Below are positions 22,901 through 37,900 of a DNA stretch of 49,502 nucleotides, piece after piece (position 1 is the first letter of the stretch; each line of letters begins with the position of its first letter). Source of the DNA: Octopus bimaculoides. Taxonomy: Eukaryota. The notes below the pieces were generated by a model. It saw nothing but the letters and a program-made list of their open reading frames with translations. It was not told the DNA's origin and did no database searches. The stretch spans positions 43,764,813 through 43,814,314 of the forward strand of contig NC_068987.1 in assembly GCF_001194135.2 (NCBI RefSeq). The letters are read 5' to 3'. Both the position numbers and the translations under genes were made by a program.

Positions 22901-25900
22901 AAATCTGGAAGAGTAACTTAAGGATAAACACATATTAAATATTCTGACTATAATATGACTGCAGCCTCTTACTTTTCAATGATATGCACACATTAAGGAT
23001 GTTAAATAAAGATTTTAATCTAAAGCTGCTTCTATTGCATAATTTGAATTTTTTTCAGCCTGATGGCCTCTTTGCATAACCAGTGAATTGTTTATTCACT
23101 GTTTCTATACACTTCAGACTGGCCTAGGTAACTGTGTTGAGTGCATAACGTAGACAAGCTGCAAAAACAGCAAAATGCATTTTTGTCTAGCTCTGAGGTA
23201 TATTGTATTTTTAATGTACCTTGTCTATAAAGGGATCTTTCCCAAGACAGCTTCTGCATCCTCTGACTTTTCAGTGATATACATACATTGTCATATAGAT
23301 AAAGATTTTAATATGACTGAATCTTTATCGATCCTTATGAATCTTGTGAAGTATTTTGATTAAATTTCTTTAAATATTTCTTATTAAAAAGCGATAATGA
23401 CACAAAAGATTGAAGGAATTATTGTTTTTAAATCAAGAAATTAATTAATTAATTATGCATTTTAACTGTATTTTAGATAGTTGCATGATGGGAGTCAATA
23501 AGTTATCAATGATACCATAAAAGGGTTAATGATATAAGAAAATTGCTGACCCCTCCCCTGTGTTAGGGTATTATTGTTGGTCGAATGATTGTTAAACAAG
23601 TCAGGCATTCACTGTGGTGTGTGTGTGTGTGTGTGTGTGTGTATTGATGGTGTAGAGTGCTGGGGTGCAATGAATGATGGAAAGAATGGATATTGCTCTT
23701 AAGGTTATTTAGTAATTAAATGTTAATTCTTTTTTCCTTAATATAAACTTTACATTTTCAGAGGCAAATTTGCCAACTTGGAAGACATCACATGCAAAAT
23801 CAAAGATGGCTGTACAGAACACCCTCCATGGCCACATGGTATCTGTACGAAATGTCAACCAAATGCTGTCACATTAAACAGACAAGTAAGTCTTAGTTTT
23901 ATTGGATGTGTTACTTCATTCTTAAATCGATTGTTTTTTTTGTTTTTTGTTTTGCTTTTAGCTTCTGCTTGTGATGGTGAAGACAGGGTTTTTAGGTTTG
24001 TTTGTGTAACATTTGTTGAGTTAATTCTCTTATACTCTTTCTTTAAATGCAGTTAAGTCATTGTTGATGAAGTGAGATTATTTTTTTTTCTGTCAGAATA
24101 TGAAGAAAATATTCCAGTTGTTTCAGCTCAGTAATTTTTTAACACTGATCAAGTAGACTTATGAGCAAAACATTCTAACCATGATTACCATCTCTTTTAT
24201 TCAGAAATTATATCTAAGACTAAACGATACAATGTACTCTTCCATAATTGAGAACAGGAGTTGTAATTTGAGTGAAGTTTGGCTGCTATTTCTAGCAGCT
24301 CAAACGTTTGTGTAGAGCCTCTTGTTGGCTTGGCTTACTTACATTTTCTAGAGTGAATTTGATTGTCCTAGTTTCTCTTCAGAAATAATTTGTTTAATTA
24401 ATTTTCTATTTTTACTTTACCTGTTGATATGATACACCATCACTGGAGCTGACCTGTATATTATAAGTAGTGTTGTATTTTTGTTATAACAGATATACCG
24501 GCATGTTGATAACATAATGTTTGAAAATCCTAAAATAGCTGAACGCTTCTTGAACTATTGGCGCAGTACAGGTCGACAGCGGCTTGGAATACTCTATGGA
24601 AAATATGAGGTTCATAAAGACGTGCCTTTGGGGATTAAGGCAACAATATTTGCCATCTATGAACCACCTCAGGTAAAGCAGCAGCTTCTTTTTCATTTTC
24701 ATATATCAGGCATGGCTGTGTGGTTAAGAAATTTACTTCTTAATTATTTGGTTTCTGGTTCAGTCTTAATGCATAGCCCTTGGGTAAGGGTCTTCTGCTA
24801 TATCCTTGGGTTGACCAAAGCCTTGTGAGAGGATTTGGTTCACAGAAATTGAAAGAAGCTAGTTGTGTGTGTGTGTTACTGTCTCCTTGTTTTGACATTA
24901 TGTGATAGTTGTAAATGAATGTCACTGCCTTACAAGTGGTGTCCTTTGTTTCAAATTTTCTGTGAAAATGTGTTTAGCCTTGGGGAAATATTACCTCACT
25001 AGGAAACAGATAAGGGTTGATGCAGGAAGGGCATCAGGTTGTAAAGAATCTGTATCAACAAGTTCCGTTCATTCCATGTAAGCATGGAAAAGTGGACCTT
25101 ATAAAATGATAATGATGATCATCACTTTATGTCTGCTTTTCATCCTGGCATGGGTTTGTTGGGTTCACATGGTCTGAGTTCTTATTGCATACCACTGTGA
25201 ATTGTAGATAGATCATCTCTCTTATATACATTTTTGGCTTGGTTTCTATGGCTAAATGCTCTTTCTTCACCAAACACATTACTGATTATACTGGGTATTC
25301 TTTATCATGGTACCAACATAAGAGGGGTTTTCTTGTACACTATACAAGTATAGAATTCTAACAATTCTAATTCACACATTACATATTTGCTAGTGACCGC
25401 TGAAAATTCCAAATTTGTATAAATAAACATTGTGCTTGACAGAGTAATCTGAATGCTAAGGGTTAATGTTTACTTTTCTGTACTTGCATGGATTAGATGG
25501 AATTCATTGAGGCAGATTTTCTATGGCTGGATGTTCTTCCTGTCGTCAGCTTTTTTGTTTCCAAGTAAAGTAATATTTCCCTATGGTCAGGCATATTTTA
25601 TATGAAAGTTTAGGAACAAGTGACATTTCTTTACAACCATCATGTGATGTCAAGACAAGGACATGCACACATGCATAAATTATATATATCTACTATATAA
25701 ATGCAAGCGTATGTGTGTTTAGCCCAGAAAAGCTCTGGAATGGTGCATCCTTGAGAAAAACAAATTTGATTTTCAAAATTTGCGTCCCTGGATATCCAGC
25801 AATAATAATAAAAAAGTATAATTTGCTTTGATGACTCTCCCTCTTTCTATCTTTCACCACCAATGTATCTCTCTATATTTATTAATCATGCCCTTTGCTA

Positions 25901-28900
25901 CTGTTTGATTCAGTAGTTGTGTTTTAGATGTTATAAGTATCTATGGTGGTGGTGGTGAGGTGTCCAAGGTAAGGTTTTGTTTGGCATCACCTGATGTTAG
26001 TAGTGTAACCATCATCTGTCTCCTCCTTTCTGTTTACAGGAAAGTTCTAAAAACCGTATTCAAATAATGAAAGATGAGAATGATGAATTGGTGAAGAGTA
26101 TAGCTGAAAAGATGGGAATTCATCCAATTGGCTGGATTTTCACTGATCTTATGGCTGAGGACTTGAAGAAAGCAACTGTGAAGCATTATAGAGGCAATCA
26201 GGTACAATTTTAAAATCCATTGTATAAAGACAAAAGGTTTGATGGCTGTGTAGTGACAGCAGTATATGTTCTAGTACTTTATTTTCTGAGTTCAAATTTT
26301 GCTGAGGTTAACTTTCATCCAATTTGAGTTGATAATAGAAAGTATCAGTAAAGTACTGGGGTTGGTTTAATCAGATAACCCCTTAACATCTCTAGCTTTG
26401 TACCTCTATTAGAAACAAACCATTGTTGTTGTTATTGTTGTTAAGACGATGAGTTGGCAGAATCGTTAGCACGCCAGGTAAAATGCTTTGCAGCATTTCA
26501 TATGTCTTTACATTCTGAGTTCAAATTCCACTGAGCATGACTTTGCCTTTCATCCTTTGGGGTTAATAAAATAAGTACCAGTTGAGCATTGGGGTTGATG
26601 TGATTGACTTGTTCCCATCCATGAACTTGCTAGCCTTGTGCCAAAATTTGAAACCAATATTAAGGTGGTGAACTAGCAAAGTTGTTAGCATATTGTCAAA
26701 ATACTTAGTGTCATGTTATGAGTTCAAATCACAATGAAGTTAACTTTGATTTTCATCTTTTCAGGGTCGATAAAATAAAGCCCCAGTGAAGTACTAGAGT
26801 TGATGGTATTGACTAATGCTACTCTCCTTAAAAAATTGCTGGTATGTGCCAAAATTAGAAAGAATAATAATAATAATCCTTTCTACTATTGACATATGGC
26901 CTGAAAATTTGTGGGAGGGGTCTAGTTGATCTCATTGACTCCAGTACTTGACTGGTACTTAAGCACTGGATTTGATTTAACTGATTGTGTCCTTCTCTGA
27001 AATTTGTAGTCTAGTACCTCTGCTAGTAACCATTATTAGAAAGATGGCAGAATTGGAAGAATGTCAGGAAGGAAAGCTTTGTGGTATTTAGTTGCCCTAC
27101 TTTTCATTCTGGATTCAAATCCTGCTTGCAATAATTGTTTTGAATTCAAACCTCTTTTGAGTCTGCTTTTAAAGTTGATAAATAAAGAGAACCCGGATTG
27201 ATTCAGTGACACAGTCATCATTTAAAAGTGGTCCTGATGTTTAATTGGTAGTATACACATTTTTTATGGATAGTGAGCTGGTTTGGACTGTTGGTATTAC
27301 ATTACACTATTGATGCTGTTCATATCATAAGGATCTAGAAAGTTTGGAAGATATAAAATTAAGAAATAAATTTTCTTCCTTTTTAACAGTGGAACTCAAA
27401 ATAGTTAAAACTAAAAATAATAGAATATTGGATGGAAAATTTCTTGCTAGTAAGAACAGTGCTTCTGAAATAGATATAGTAAATTTGAAATGTTGTTTTG
27501 GTATAATGGTTAAACATTTATCATGTTTAAGATGTGGGTTTGAGTCCCAATGGCAGCCTGTGACTTTTCCCTTTCAAAAGGTTTTTCTAAACCCAATATT
27601 CTACATGCTATTACTTATAACTTTATCTACTTCAATTTCCACCATTAAAAGAAATGATTTATTTCATATATCTCAAAGTTTCTAAATTCTTATGATGTAA
27701 ACAACATGCAATTCTTGCTGGTAAGAAAAAAGCTTCTAAAATGGATAGAGAAAATTTGAAAGGTTGCTTTGGTAGTCCCTCTGGCAGCCTTTGACTTCTT
27801 TTGTTTCAAAGGGATTTTTTTAAAACCAATATTCTACATGCTGTCACGGTAAGAACAAAGCTTATAAAATGGATGGAGAGCATTCGAGGGGTTGTTTTAG
27901 TATAATAGTAAAATGTCTGTCATGTTTACAGCTCTAGGTTTGTGTCTCACAGGCAGCCTTCAATTTTTTTCGCCCAAAGGTTTTTTTTTCAACTCAGTAT
28001 TAAATTGTAAAATAACATGAATCGCATGCTGTTATTTATAGCTTTTATTTTTGATGATATTCCAACCTTTGATTTTTATATTTGGCTGACAATATGCTGT
28101 TGTTTTGGCCAGTTATAATCCTACTACTATTAACATAGAAGAAAATATGATTCTATATGGAAAAAATACCACGTAACTTTACTTGCAGGCCAATCTGGCA
28201 GAGGATGTCCTTGGACAAATCATTTAATGCTCACTAAAGCCAATTTCATTACCTGTAAGTAGGTATCACAGATAGACATATTCCTCTACTGAAAACAGTG
28301 TGAGACACATTTTTCTACTGAAAACAGTGTGAGGACTGTATCATTGACTGTTGCATTGTTAACTTGCTGAGTTCAAATGTTCCCATGAATATTATACAGA
28401 GACAAATATATCCCACTTGGCTGTTGTAGATACTATATACATGGAAGGAAAGTCTTCAGTTTGTATTTCCAGTTAAGATGTGGGTTATAGGACTCACACA
28501 TCATCTGTACCTTTTTTTTGTTGTTTTATTTTTATATCAGGTATGTTTCTGTAAGTCATTAATGGGTTTGCTGAAGCAAGTATTTCCATCATTGAATGTC
28601 TGTTACTCAACTAACACCAACTGTTCAACCATGTTTCTTTGTTCAGGATTCACATTATTTGAGTGCAGAAGAGTGCATCATGGCTGCTGAGTTTCAAAAC
28701 AAATACCCTAATCCTTGCCAATATTCTGCTGAAGGCAAGTTTGGTTCCAAATGTGTCACTGTTGTGGTGACAGGTGACAGTAAAAACCAAGTTCACTTTG
28801 AAGGTTACCAAGTTTCCAACCAATGCATGGCGTTAGTTCGAGATAACTGTCTGATTCCGACTAAAGATGCACCAGAGCTGGGCTATGTGAAAGAATCTTC

Positions 28901-31900
28901 CAGTAAACAGTTTGTTCCTGATGTCTTCTACAAGGTAGAAATCCATCTATCATTTTTGGCATTGTTATCATTTCACCATCATCATTGTCATCATTTTCAT
29001 CTCATCATTATCATCATCAGTCGTCATTGCCATCAGCCACTGTTACTGTCAATCACCACTGCCATCAGTCACTGTATTTGTCAGTTATCGTCATCATTGT
29101 TGTTGTCCTCAAGTGTTGTTATCATTATTGTCATAATCATCATTATTTTGGTGTCCATTTTCTATACATGTATTAGTTGGTGTTTAATGTACCTGCACAT
29201 TTGCCACATGTAAAGACTACTTTCTCTGTTAGCTTGCACTGGGTGCACCTTATGGAGTTTCTGCTGATAACTTTTCTGCATATTGAGTAGAACCACCTCT
29301 CTGAAGAGATCTGCAATTTGTCTGTTTTCTTATCAATACTTTGGTCTTTGCTAAATTAACTGTAAAACCCTTTGATTCCAGTCTGTGCTTCCACACCTGA
29401 AATTTCTTCTCTAGTTCTGATAGTGATTCAGCAATAAGAACAAGGTCATCAGCATATAGGAGCTCTCAAGGGTAGCCAGTCTTAAATTCTTCAGTTATAG
29501 CTTGGAAGATCAAAATAAACAAGTAGGGGGGGGGGGCTAATAACCGATCCCTGGTGGCCTCCTACTTGTACACTAAACTCCTTGCTATACTTATTGGTTA
29601 TTCTCACTTTACTGACAGCATCCCTGTACATGGCTTGTACCGCTCTCACTAGCCACTCACCTGTCCCTAGCTATGTGTCCAGTAGATAAGGGAGCAGAAG
29701 ACCCTAAGGCTTTCTCCATGTCAACAAAAGCCAAATACAGTGGTTTATTTTTGGTCAAGTATTTCTCCTGCAGTTGCCTCACCAGGAAGATAGTATTGAT
29801 GGTACTTCTCCCTGGCACAAATCCAAACTGCATCTCATCAATACTAACTCTCTTCCTAATTAATTGAGCTATGACCCTTCTGCAACTTTCATCACCTGGT
29901 TTAATAATTTGATCTGTCTATGGCATCACCCTTGCCTTTGTAGCAACTGATACTGCTACATCATTCATTGGGTAGCTAGGAAGGAGGCTAGAAAACAGGT
30001 ATACTTAGCCAGGGGAGATGCAGAAAGGGGGAAGTCTGCCAATGTCCTACAACATGTGGACCAGAGGCTTGAAATGTTTTGGATTACAAGAGATTGTGTC
30101 AGAGACAACCTGATTAACTGTATGGGTGACCAGGTCATATTCTACTCCAGATATTTTAAGCATCTCAGCACTAACACCTGATGGGCTAAAGGCTTTCCTT
30201 TTTTCATATCCTTTATTGCTTTATCCTGTTGGGTCCACATTAGACAGGCTTTCCTTCTCCCATGCATTCTCTACATTTAGCAACCTTTTATTGTGACACT
30301 TCCAAGCCTCCTTGCAGAATCACTAACTGCAAGTGAGCCATCATCCATGCTGACACATTTCTCTCCTACCACGTCACAATTTTCTCTCATACACTCTCTT
30401 GCAATCCAAAACATTTCAAGCCTCTGGTCCTCATGTCGTAGAACATTGGCAGACTTTCCCCTTTCTGCATCTCCCCTGACTAAGTATACCTATCTTCTAG
30501 CCTCCTTCCTAGCTACCAGATACAGATCTTTGCTACCATCATTCTTCCAGTCCTTCACTGCTTCTTTGCTATAATGACCTTGTCTACATCATTCCACCAC
30601 GTCACTCTAGGTCTGGTTGGGACTTTGCACCAGCCACAGATTTGGTCTGTAGAACTCAGCAAGCTGACTCGCAGGAACTCTTAGTTGCCCTCTATATTAC
30701 AAGTCTGTAGTTCCTCTTCCTTGTTGAATTTCTTAGAGTGTCCCAAAATTAAACTTCCAAATCCTTCTTGCCCAGATTGGTCTGCTTCTTGGAATCCTAG
30801 CCTTAAGTCTAACATCACTAATAACTAATCTATGTTAGGCAGTACATTTTTCACCAGAGAAGGTCTTTGCATTTATGAGCAGCCATGTATCATGCTTTCT
30901 GGTGAGAATGTAATCAATCTGGCTGACTTCCTGAAGTTGGTGTTGCAAATCATTAGGTTATTCGCATCACAGAACTCCAGTAGCCTTGTTCCCTCTCTGT
31001 TTTAGGAACCAACTCCATGTGGAAGATACCAGGCTGTTACCCAACATGTCCCTTGAAACCACCAACCACGAAGATGTAGTCATTGTCATTTTTCTTTGAG
31101 GTAGCCTGCAGAAGAATATCATAAAAGTGGTCCTTTTGTTCATTTGACAGACTTGCCTGAGCGGCATAGGCTGAGATAATTGTTGCTGTATTACTCAGCA
31201 AATCTAACTTCTGTTCAAGCATTTCAACAATCTTGCCAGACCTACCTTTTAATGTGCCTACATTGACAGTGCAAAGTTTGAAGAAGTGGAGAGGGATGTG
31301 GGAGAGAACATGCAAAGGGGCATGGCATTCAGCATTTGAAAAGAAGGTTTCCACGAGTGTTTGTGAACAGACATACATATATCAGTTGTTCTCACATTAA
31401 TCTACCATCATTCATTCTTGTAAAAATTTGTTACCTCTATTGGAGGTGAGTGTAATACAAGTATTGTTAATATAAGCATTATTGATACAAATATAAAAGG
31501 GTAAGTAATTAAATAAAAAAAACTAATTGGTTAATTTGTTATAAGTAGTGAGGAAATAGGAGGTTTGTTACACTTTACTCTTTTACTCATTTCAGCTATG
31601 GGGGTGCGGTCATGCTGTAACTCCACTGTGTGACTAAATAAGTAACGCAGTCTCCTTTTGATGCATGCAGTAATTTGGATGAGACTACTGGTGGGGGGAG
31701 CTATAAGAACTTTCTGGCACAGAGGAGAGATTTCTAGTTCAGAGGAGAGATTTCTGATACAGAGAAGAGATTTCTTTTACAGAGGAATGATTTCCAGTAC
31801 AGAGGAGAAATTTCTAGTATAGGTGGTGGTGGTGGAATTGGTTGGGCACATTGCAAATAAGGAAGAGTAGAAAGACTGTTCCTTTCTTAGCTTTAACAGA

Positions 31901-34900
31901 AGTAAAGAGACAGGAGAACAGAAAAGTCAAGGAGAGAAGAACGTAGACATTAAAGCGAGGGTGCATATCTAATGAGTGACAAAATAAAATTATGATTATG
32001 GTAAGTTAGCTTAAATTAAGTTAAATTACAGGTAGGTTAGTATTTTATGAAGTAGAAATGTAAATAGATGAATGATGTAGATGGAGAAGAAGGCACACTT
32101 AGCTAGACATGATGCACATGGCCAAGAGCAAGCAATGCAGATTGTTGTTAAATCTTGTGAAACAATTCTGTAATATAGGTATACATGCAATGGTGTAATT
32201 TTTAAACATACCGTGATAGTTTCTTAATATTTGTATTGGTTGTTCAGATTAGATGATATTGTAAATGTAAATATCTGTAGGAATTGTTGTTATAGGGGCT
32301 TCACTGACCCCTAACTAATATTAATCACTTTCTGAACCATTGACACAATCTTTGTGCAGTTGTACAATCTCTAAGAAATAATAACAAAATCTTCCTCAAG
32401 CCATTTTCCCTCATCTGAAAAAAAAAAAGGAAGAAAGATATATTGGATAATGTGGTTTTACAAATCTGAAATCTTGACCTGGGATTACTCTGTGTAGTGG
32501 ATGCTATTACAGTTGACTATCTTTCAATCTGTTACTAACACTGACCACTTCTCTGTGTAGTGGACAGTGTACAGTCGGTCCTGTGACTAACACTGGCCAC
32601 TCTACTTTGTAGCACTTGTATGAGTCATTTATAGTTAAAAAAGAAAATGTCCCTAAACCTGTATTCTTCTTCCATTTGTAGACAAATTGTTCCAGAAATG
32701 TGTATTATATGTGACTAGAGAACTGTGATTGTTGTCTGCTGTTTTAGGTGAAAGATGAATATGGAAATGAAGTGATAGAATTGGCACGACCATTACCTGT
32801 TGAATATCTTCTGGTTGACATTCCATGTGCTTTTCCTGTATGTCCACGGTCTTTTTTCAATGTTTCTGCTAGCAAACCTTTCCCTGTTGAGAACCGTGAG
32901 AGCCTAGGCGAAATCCAGGTGAGTTTCTCTTGATGTTTGTGATTATGGAAGGGTTTTGGTTACTTGTTACCACTACTGGAGATTATTGTCCGTGACAGAA
33001 ATATACTTGATTCTTGCTGCTATTTGTTTTTAACCCTTTTCATATCAATCCACCTGTTTTAAAGTGATCTAAATTTAATCTTTCCATCAAACACCAGTTT
33101 AATAATGATAAAGTTATTTGACTAAATTCTTCATTTTCAAAATTGATTGTATTTTAATATAAATGTGGTTACAAAACGGTTAAATTGTGAGAAAAAAAGA
33201 TGAGTATACCTTAAGAGGAATTATAAGAGAAGACAGTAAGAACCATGGAAGTATTATAGAACAGAGGTAAAGAAACAATGATTAATAATGACTAATGAGT
33301 TTGGCATATAACATCAGATGGTAGGAAGCTGTGATATTTTACTTGCTGGTTTCTTGAGTATTTTTAAAGTTAAGTTAGCAGTTATCAGTTAAAATTCTCA
33401 AACCAGCAGAAAACAATTCCCTATTACATTAAGAAGAGAAAACATAACATTTATAATTTTGTATATTTTTTTGTTCCAGGACTTCAATGCTTTGGTACAG
33501 TACATGGAACAATTTCAACCCAATGATTTCTTGGAAGCTATGTCAGATTTTCACCTTCTCTTGTTTCTTGCCACTTGTGATATGCTTCCACTCAAGGTAA
33601 CATTTTCATGAAACTTCTCTCTGTTACATGTTTCAACATTGCTCACATTTCATCCAGCTATATCTTAACATTTCTTTTTTTTCTTTTCTACATGTCTTAA
33701 AAACATCTTAAAATCTCCCACATCTATCTATCAGTTATATCTTACAATATCTCACATTTCCTATTGATATCTTAACTCTCCCATATGTTTTCAATGTCTC
33801 TTAGCATCCCCCACTCCCTTTAGTTTTATCTTCCCCTTTCCAAATCCCTCACTTACATCTTAACTTTTTGCACATCTTTTCATTAAATCTCAACTTCTCT
33901 GCCATCTTTTATCATCATTTTAATGTTCACTTTTCCAAGCTTGCATGCGTCAGATATAGTTTATTGAAGCAAACTTTTCTACAGTCAGATGTCTTTCCTG
34001 TTTCCAAGCAAGGTAATATTTCCCTGTGGACAGACATGTTCTCACTTGAATATTGGAAATGAATGATATTGCTTGTATGACAACGACGCTCATTTGCAGA
34101 TATCACATGAGATACAAACACACTCGCACACATAGTTACGTTTAAAATTCTCCCTTTTCTCCTCTCACATCTCTTACCTACATTTTAACATAATATTATC
34201 TCTTATTTATATCTTAATATCTTTCACTCATAGTTAAAATCTCTCATTTTTCATTGACATTTTGATATCTGCCGCATCTCTTTGTGATGTAGTCACTCAA
34301 GGTCTAAATTCTGTGTTGGCCTGTGCCAACATTCATTGGATTTCAAGAAATCTAAATTTGTATACCAGTCATCTTATTTACATGAAACCTTTTCTGACAG
34401 TTTGTATTGAGGTGAACACCTTGTTATGAAAAACTAAATCCAAAACCTGTTTTTAGAATTTTTCATTTGTATTGCTGATGTAATTAAGAAAGGCATGAAT
34501 ATCACAACATTCAGTTCTTTGATCTATCTATGTGTGTGAATTGACTTGCCTGTGAAAGGAATCCCTATTTTTCTTTTTTAGGAGACTATTTCAATAATAT
34601 TGGAAGCTGTGAAAACCAAAGATAAAAACCTTGCACACAAGTTTAAGAAATCAGAAGAGTGGGCCACAGTTGAGGAGATGATGGCTGCCCAAGGTGAGAA
34701 TAAGTTAATAATTGTTTTCAGAAATATAAGAAGCTCTCCTGAAGAAGTGATGGTTGCCTATCACTGGGTAATCTTTGTTTTGTTCCATTCTCTCAGTAAT
34801 ACTTGCCTTAGGTTTGTTTTTGTATGGTTATTTTTATATTTTACTTATTAAATCTTTATATATTTCCTCTTGAATACATGAAGCTCTTTTAGAGAAGGTA

Positions 34901-37900
34901 AGCTTTGTTTTATCTATAATGTTCAGTACAGTGAAGTAGACCACTTTTATGTATGGGTGCTCCCAGTAGTTAACTTCTGTCCTAGGGCCATAGTTTAAAG
35001 TCCAAAATTTGGTGACATTTTGCACTTAACTCGGAGGATTCTCATAAATGAAGTTCTGTTGAAGAAATGATGCTTACCTGATCAATTCCCATCTTGAAGA
35101 CACTAGTGTTCTTTTATTGGGTAACTGTTGCTATGATGGCTCTTTGAAGTGAGTATCCACTTGCAATGAGTAACCTCTGTGGAGGTTGATACTCTTCATG
35201 GGTAACTCTTGTTCTGAGAAGTAATAGTGTTGTCTGAAATCTGTTTGCATTTCATTTCTTGCTGTGAGAAGAGATTTATAAAGTAACTAGCAGAGGCACC
35301 TGGCATTGCCCGGGAATGAAATTGTTTCTTACACATTGAAAGAAAAAAGCAAAATATGTTGTATAGAAATTTGTTATTCTAAATTCAATTTATTCAATTG
35401 GGATACAATTTATTCTTTAAATGGGAAATCAATTCTGAATTCATAATACAAAAGAAATAATAAAATAATAATAAAGAGAATGAATGGGAGGAAGAGAATC
35501 TGCCACATGTCGACCCAACAGAGGGACCAGCTATCCTAATTTATCTTGGTAGATAAAGCAATCAAGAGTATGAAGACAGGGAAAGCCCCCGGCCCATCAG
35601 GAATCACTGCAGAGATGCTCAAAATATCTGGCAGTGTCGGCTATAGCCCAGTCACCCATATAGTTAATCAGGTGATACATGAAGGAGTCATACCCAATGA
35701 CAGCACCATAATCAACTGCTACAAAGGTAAAGGTGACGCTTTAGACACAAACAATTACAGAGGTATCAAGTTGTTGGACCAGGTAATGAAGGTCACGGAG
35801 AGGGTCATAGTCCAACTAATTAGGGAGAGAGTCAGTTTAGATGAGATGCAGTTTGGGTTCGTTCCAGGGAAAAGCACCACTGATGCTATACTTCTGGTAA
35901 GATAACTGCAGGAGAAATACCTAGCCAAAGATAAACCTCTGTACCTGGCTTTCGTTGTAATGGAGAAAGCCTTTGATAGGGTCCCCCGCTTCCTTATCTG
36001 GTGGTCAATGAGGAACCTAGGGATAGATGAATGGTTAGTGAGAGCTGTGCAAGCTCTCAGGGTCGCTGTCAGTAAGGTGAGGGTTGGCAACGAGTACAGT
36101 AAAGAATTCGGGTAGAGGTAGGTGTCCACCAAAGTTCAGTCCTCAGCCCCCTCCTATTTATTATAGTCCTCCAGGCAATAACACAGGAATTTAAGATGGG
36201 ATGGGAGCTCCTCTATGCTGATGACTTTGCCCTAATTGCTGAGTCACTATCAGAACTAGAGGAGAAGTTTCAGGTGTGGAAGCAAGGACTAGAATCAAAG
36301 GGCCTTAGAGTCAACCTAGCTAAAACCAAAGTCCTAATACGTAGGAAGGTAGACAAAACACAATCCCCTTCAGGTAGAAGGCCCTGCTCGAACTGTAGAA
36401 AAGGCGTGGGTAGAAACTTCATAAGTTGTACCCAGTGTAAGCTATGGACACATAAGAGGTGCAGCAATATCAAAGAAAGGCTAACTAGCAAGATAGTTTT
36501 TGTATGTGGCAGATGTTCAGGAGCAATAAACACTGAAAATGTGCAGAAAACAACCTTTGCCACATTCCAGAAAGAAAAACTAGAAGTAGTTGATAGCTTC
36601 CGCTAGCTAGGTGACCAAGTTCGTAGCTGGGGAGGGTGCGCTGAAAGTGTAGCTGCTAGAATAAGAATAGCCTGGGCAAAGTTTAGAGAGCTCTTACCTC
36701 TGCTGGTGACAAAGAGCCTCTCATTCAGAGTAAAAGGCAGACTGTATGACGCATGTGTACGAACAGCCATGCTTCATGGCAGTGAAACATGGGCTGTGAC
36801 TGCTGAGGACATGCGTAAGCTTGCAAGAAATGAAGCCAGTGTGCTCCGATGGATGCGTAATGCCAGTGTGCATACTCGACAGAGTGTAAGTACCTTGAGA
36901 GAAAAGTTAGACCTAACAAGCATTAGTTGTGGTGTGCAAGAGAGACGATTGCGCTGGTATGGTCATGTAGCAAGAACGGATGAAGATAGCTGTGTGAAAA
37001 AGTGCCACACCCTAGCGGTTGAGGGAACCTGTGGAAGTGATAGACCCAGGAAGACCTGGGATGAGGTGGTGAAGCACAATCTTCAAACTTTAGGCCTCAC
37101 CGATGCAATGACTAGTGACCGGGACCTTTGGAAATATGCAGTACGTGAAAAGACCCGGCAAGCCAAGTGAGAGCATAATCTGTGGCCTCTGCCAGAAGTG
37201 TAGCCAGCTCACTAAACTCTGCTTGCAAAGGCCTGTTGAGGCAAGTGAATTGAACCAAATTCGACGAATGGTACCCATGCCAACCTCTCCTTCATTGGAC
37301 ACTAAACTCTGCTTGCGAAGACCTGTTGGGGCAAGTGAAATCGAAATCGTGATTCAACCATATTCGATGACCGGCACCTGTGCCAGTGGAGCATTAACAG
37401 CACCATATGAGCATGATCATTGCCAGAGCAGCTGTCTGGCTTCCGTGCTAGTGGCACATAAAAAGCACCATTCGAGCGTGATTGTTACCAGTGTCACCTT
37501 ACTGGCACATTAGAAAATCATTCGAGCGAGGTCATTGCCAGTGCCGCTGGACTAGCTCCTGTGCAGGTGGCATGTAAAAAACACCATTTTAAGCGTGGCC
37601 ATTGCCAGTACTACGTGACTGGCCCTCATGCCGGTGGCACTTAAAAGCACCCACTACACTCTTGGAGTGGTTGGTGTTAGGAAGGGAATCCAGCTGTAGA
37701 AACTCTGCCAGACCAGATTGGAGCCTGGTGCAGCCATCCGGTTCACCAGTCCTCAGTCAAATCGTCCAACCCATGCTAGCATGGAAAGCGGGCGTTAAAT
37801 GATGATGATGATGATAAAAAAAGCGAAAATACAAAATTTACCGCTTTTATGAAACGAGATAAATTCTATCACATATGTTGGTGGAAATTATGTAAAAGCT

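Noticed and set aside
23040-23380. Unique-looking intronic stretch considered as a possible snoRNA
   Set aside because: No convincing paired C/D or H/ACA boxes with terminal stems seen by eye.
28935-29213. His/Ile-rich extension of ORF 28596..29213
   Set aside because: Read-through past the exon donor into (cat)/(tca) low-complexity intron.
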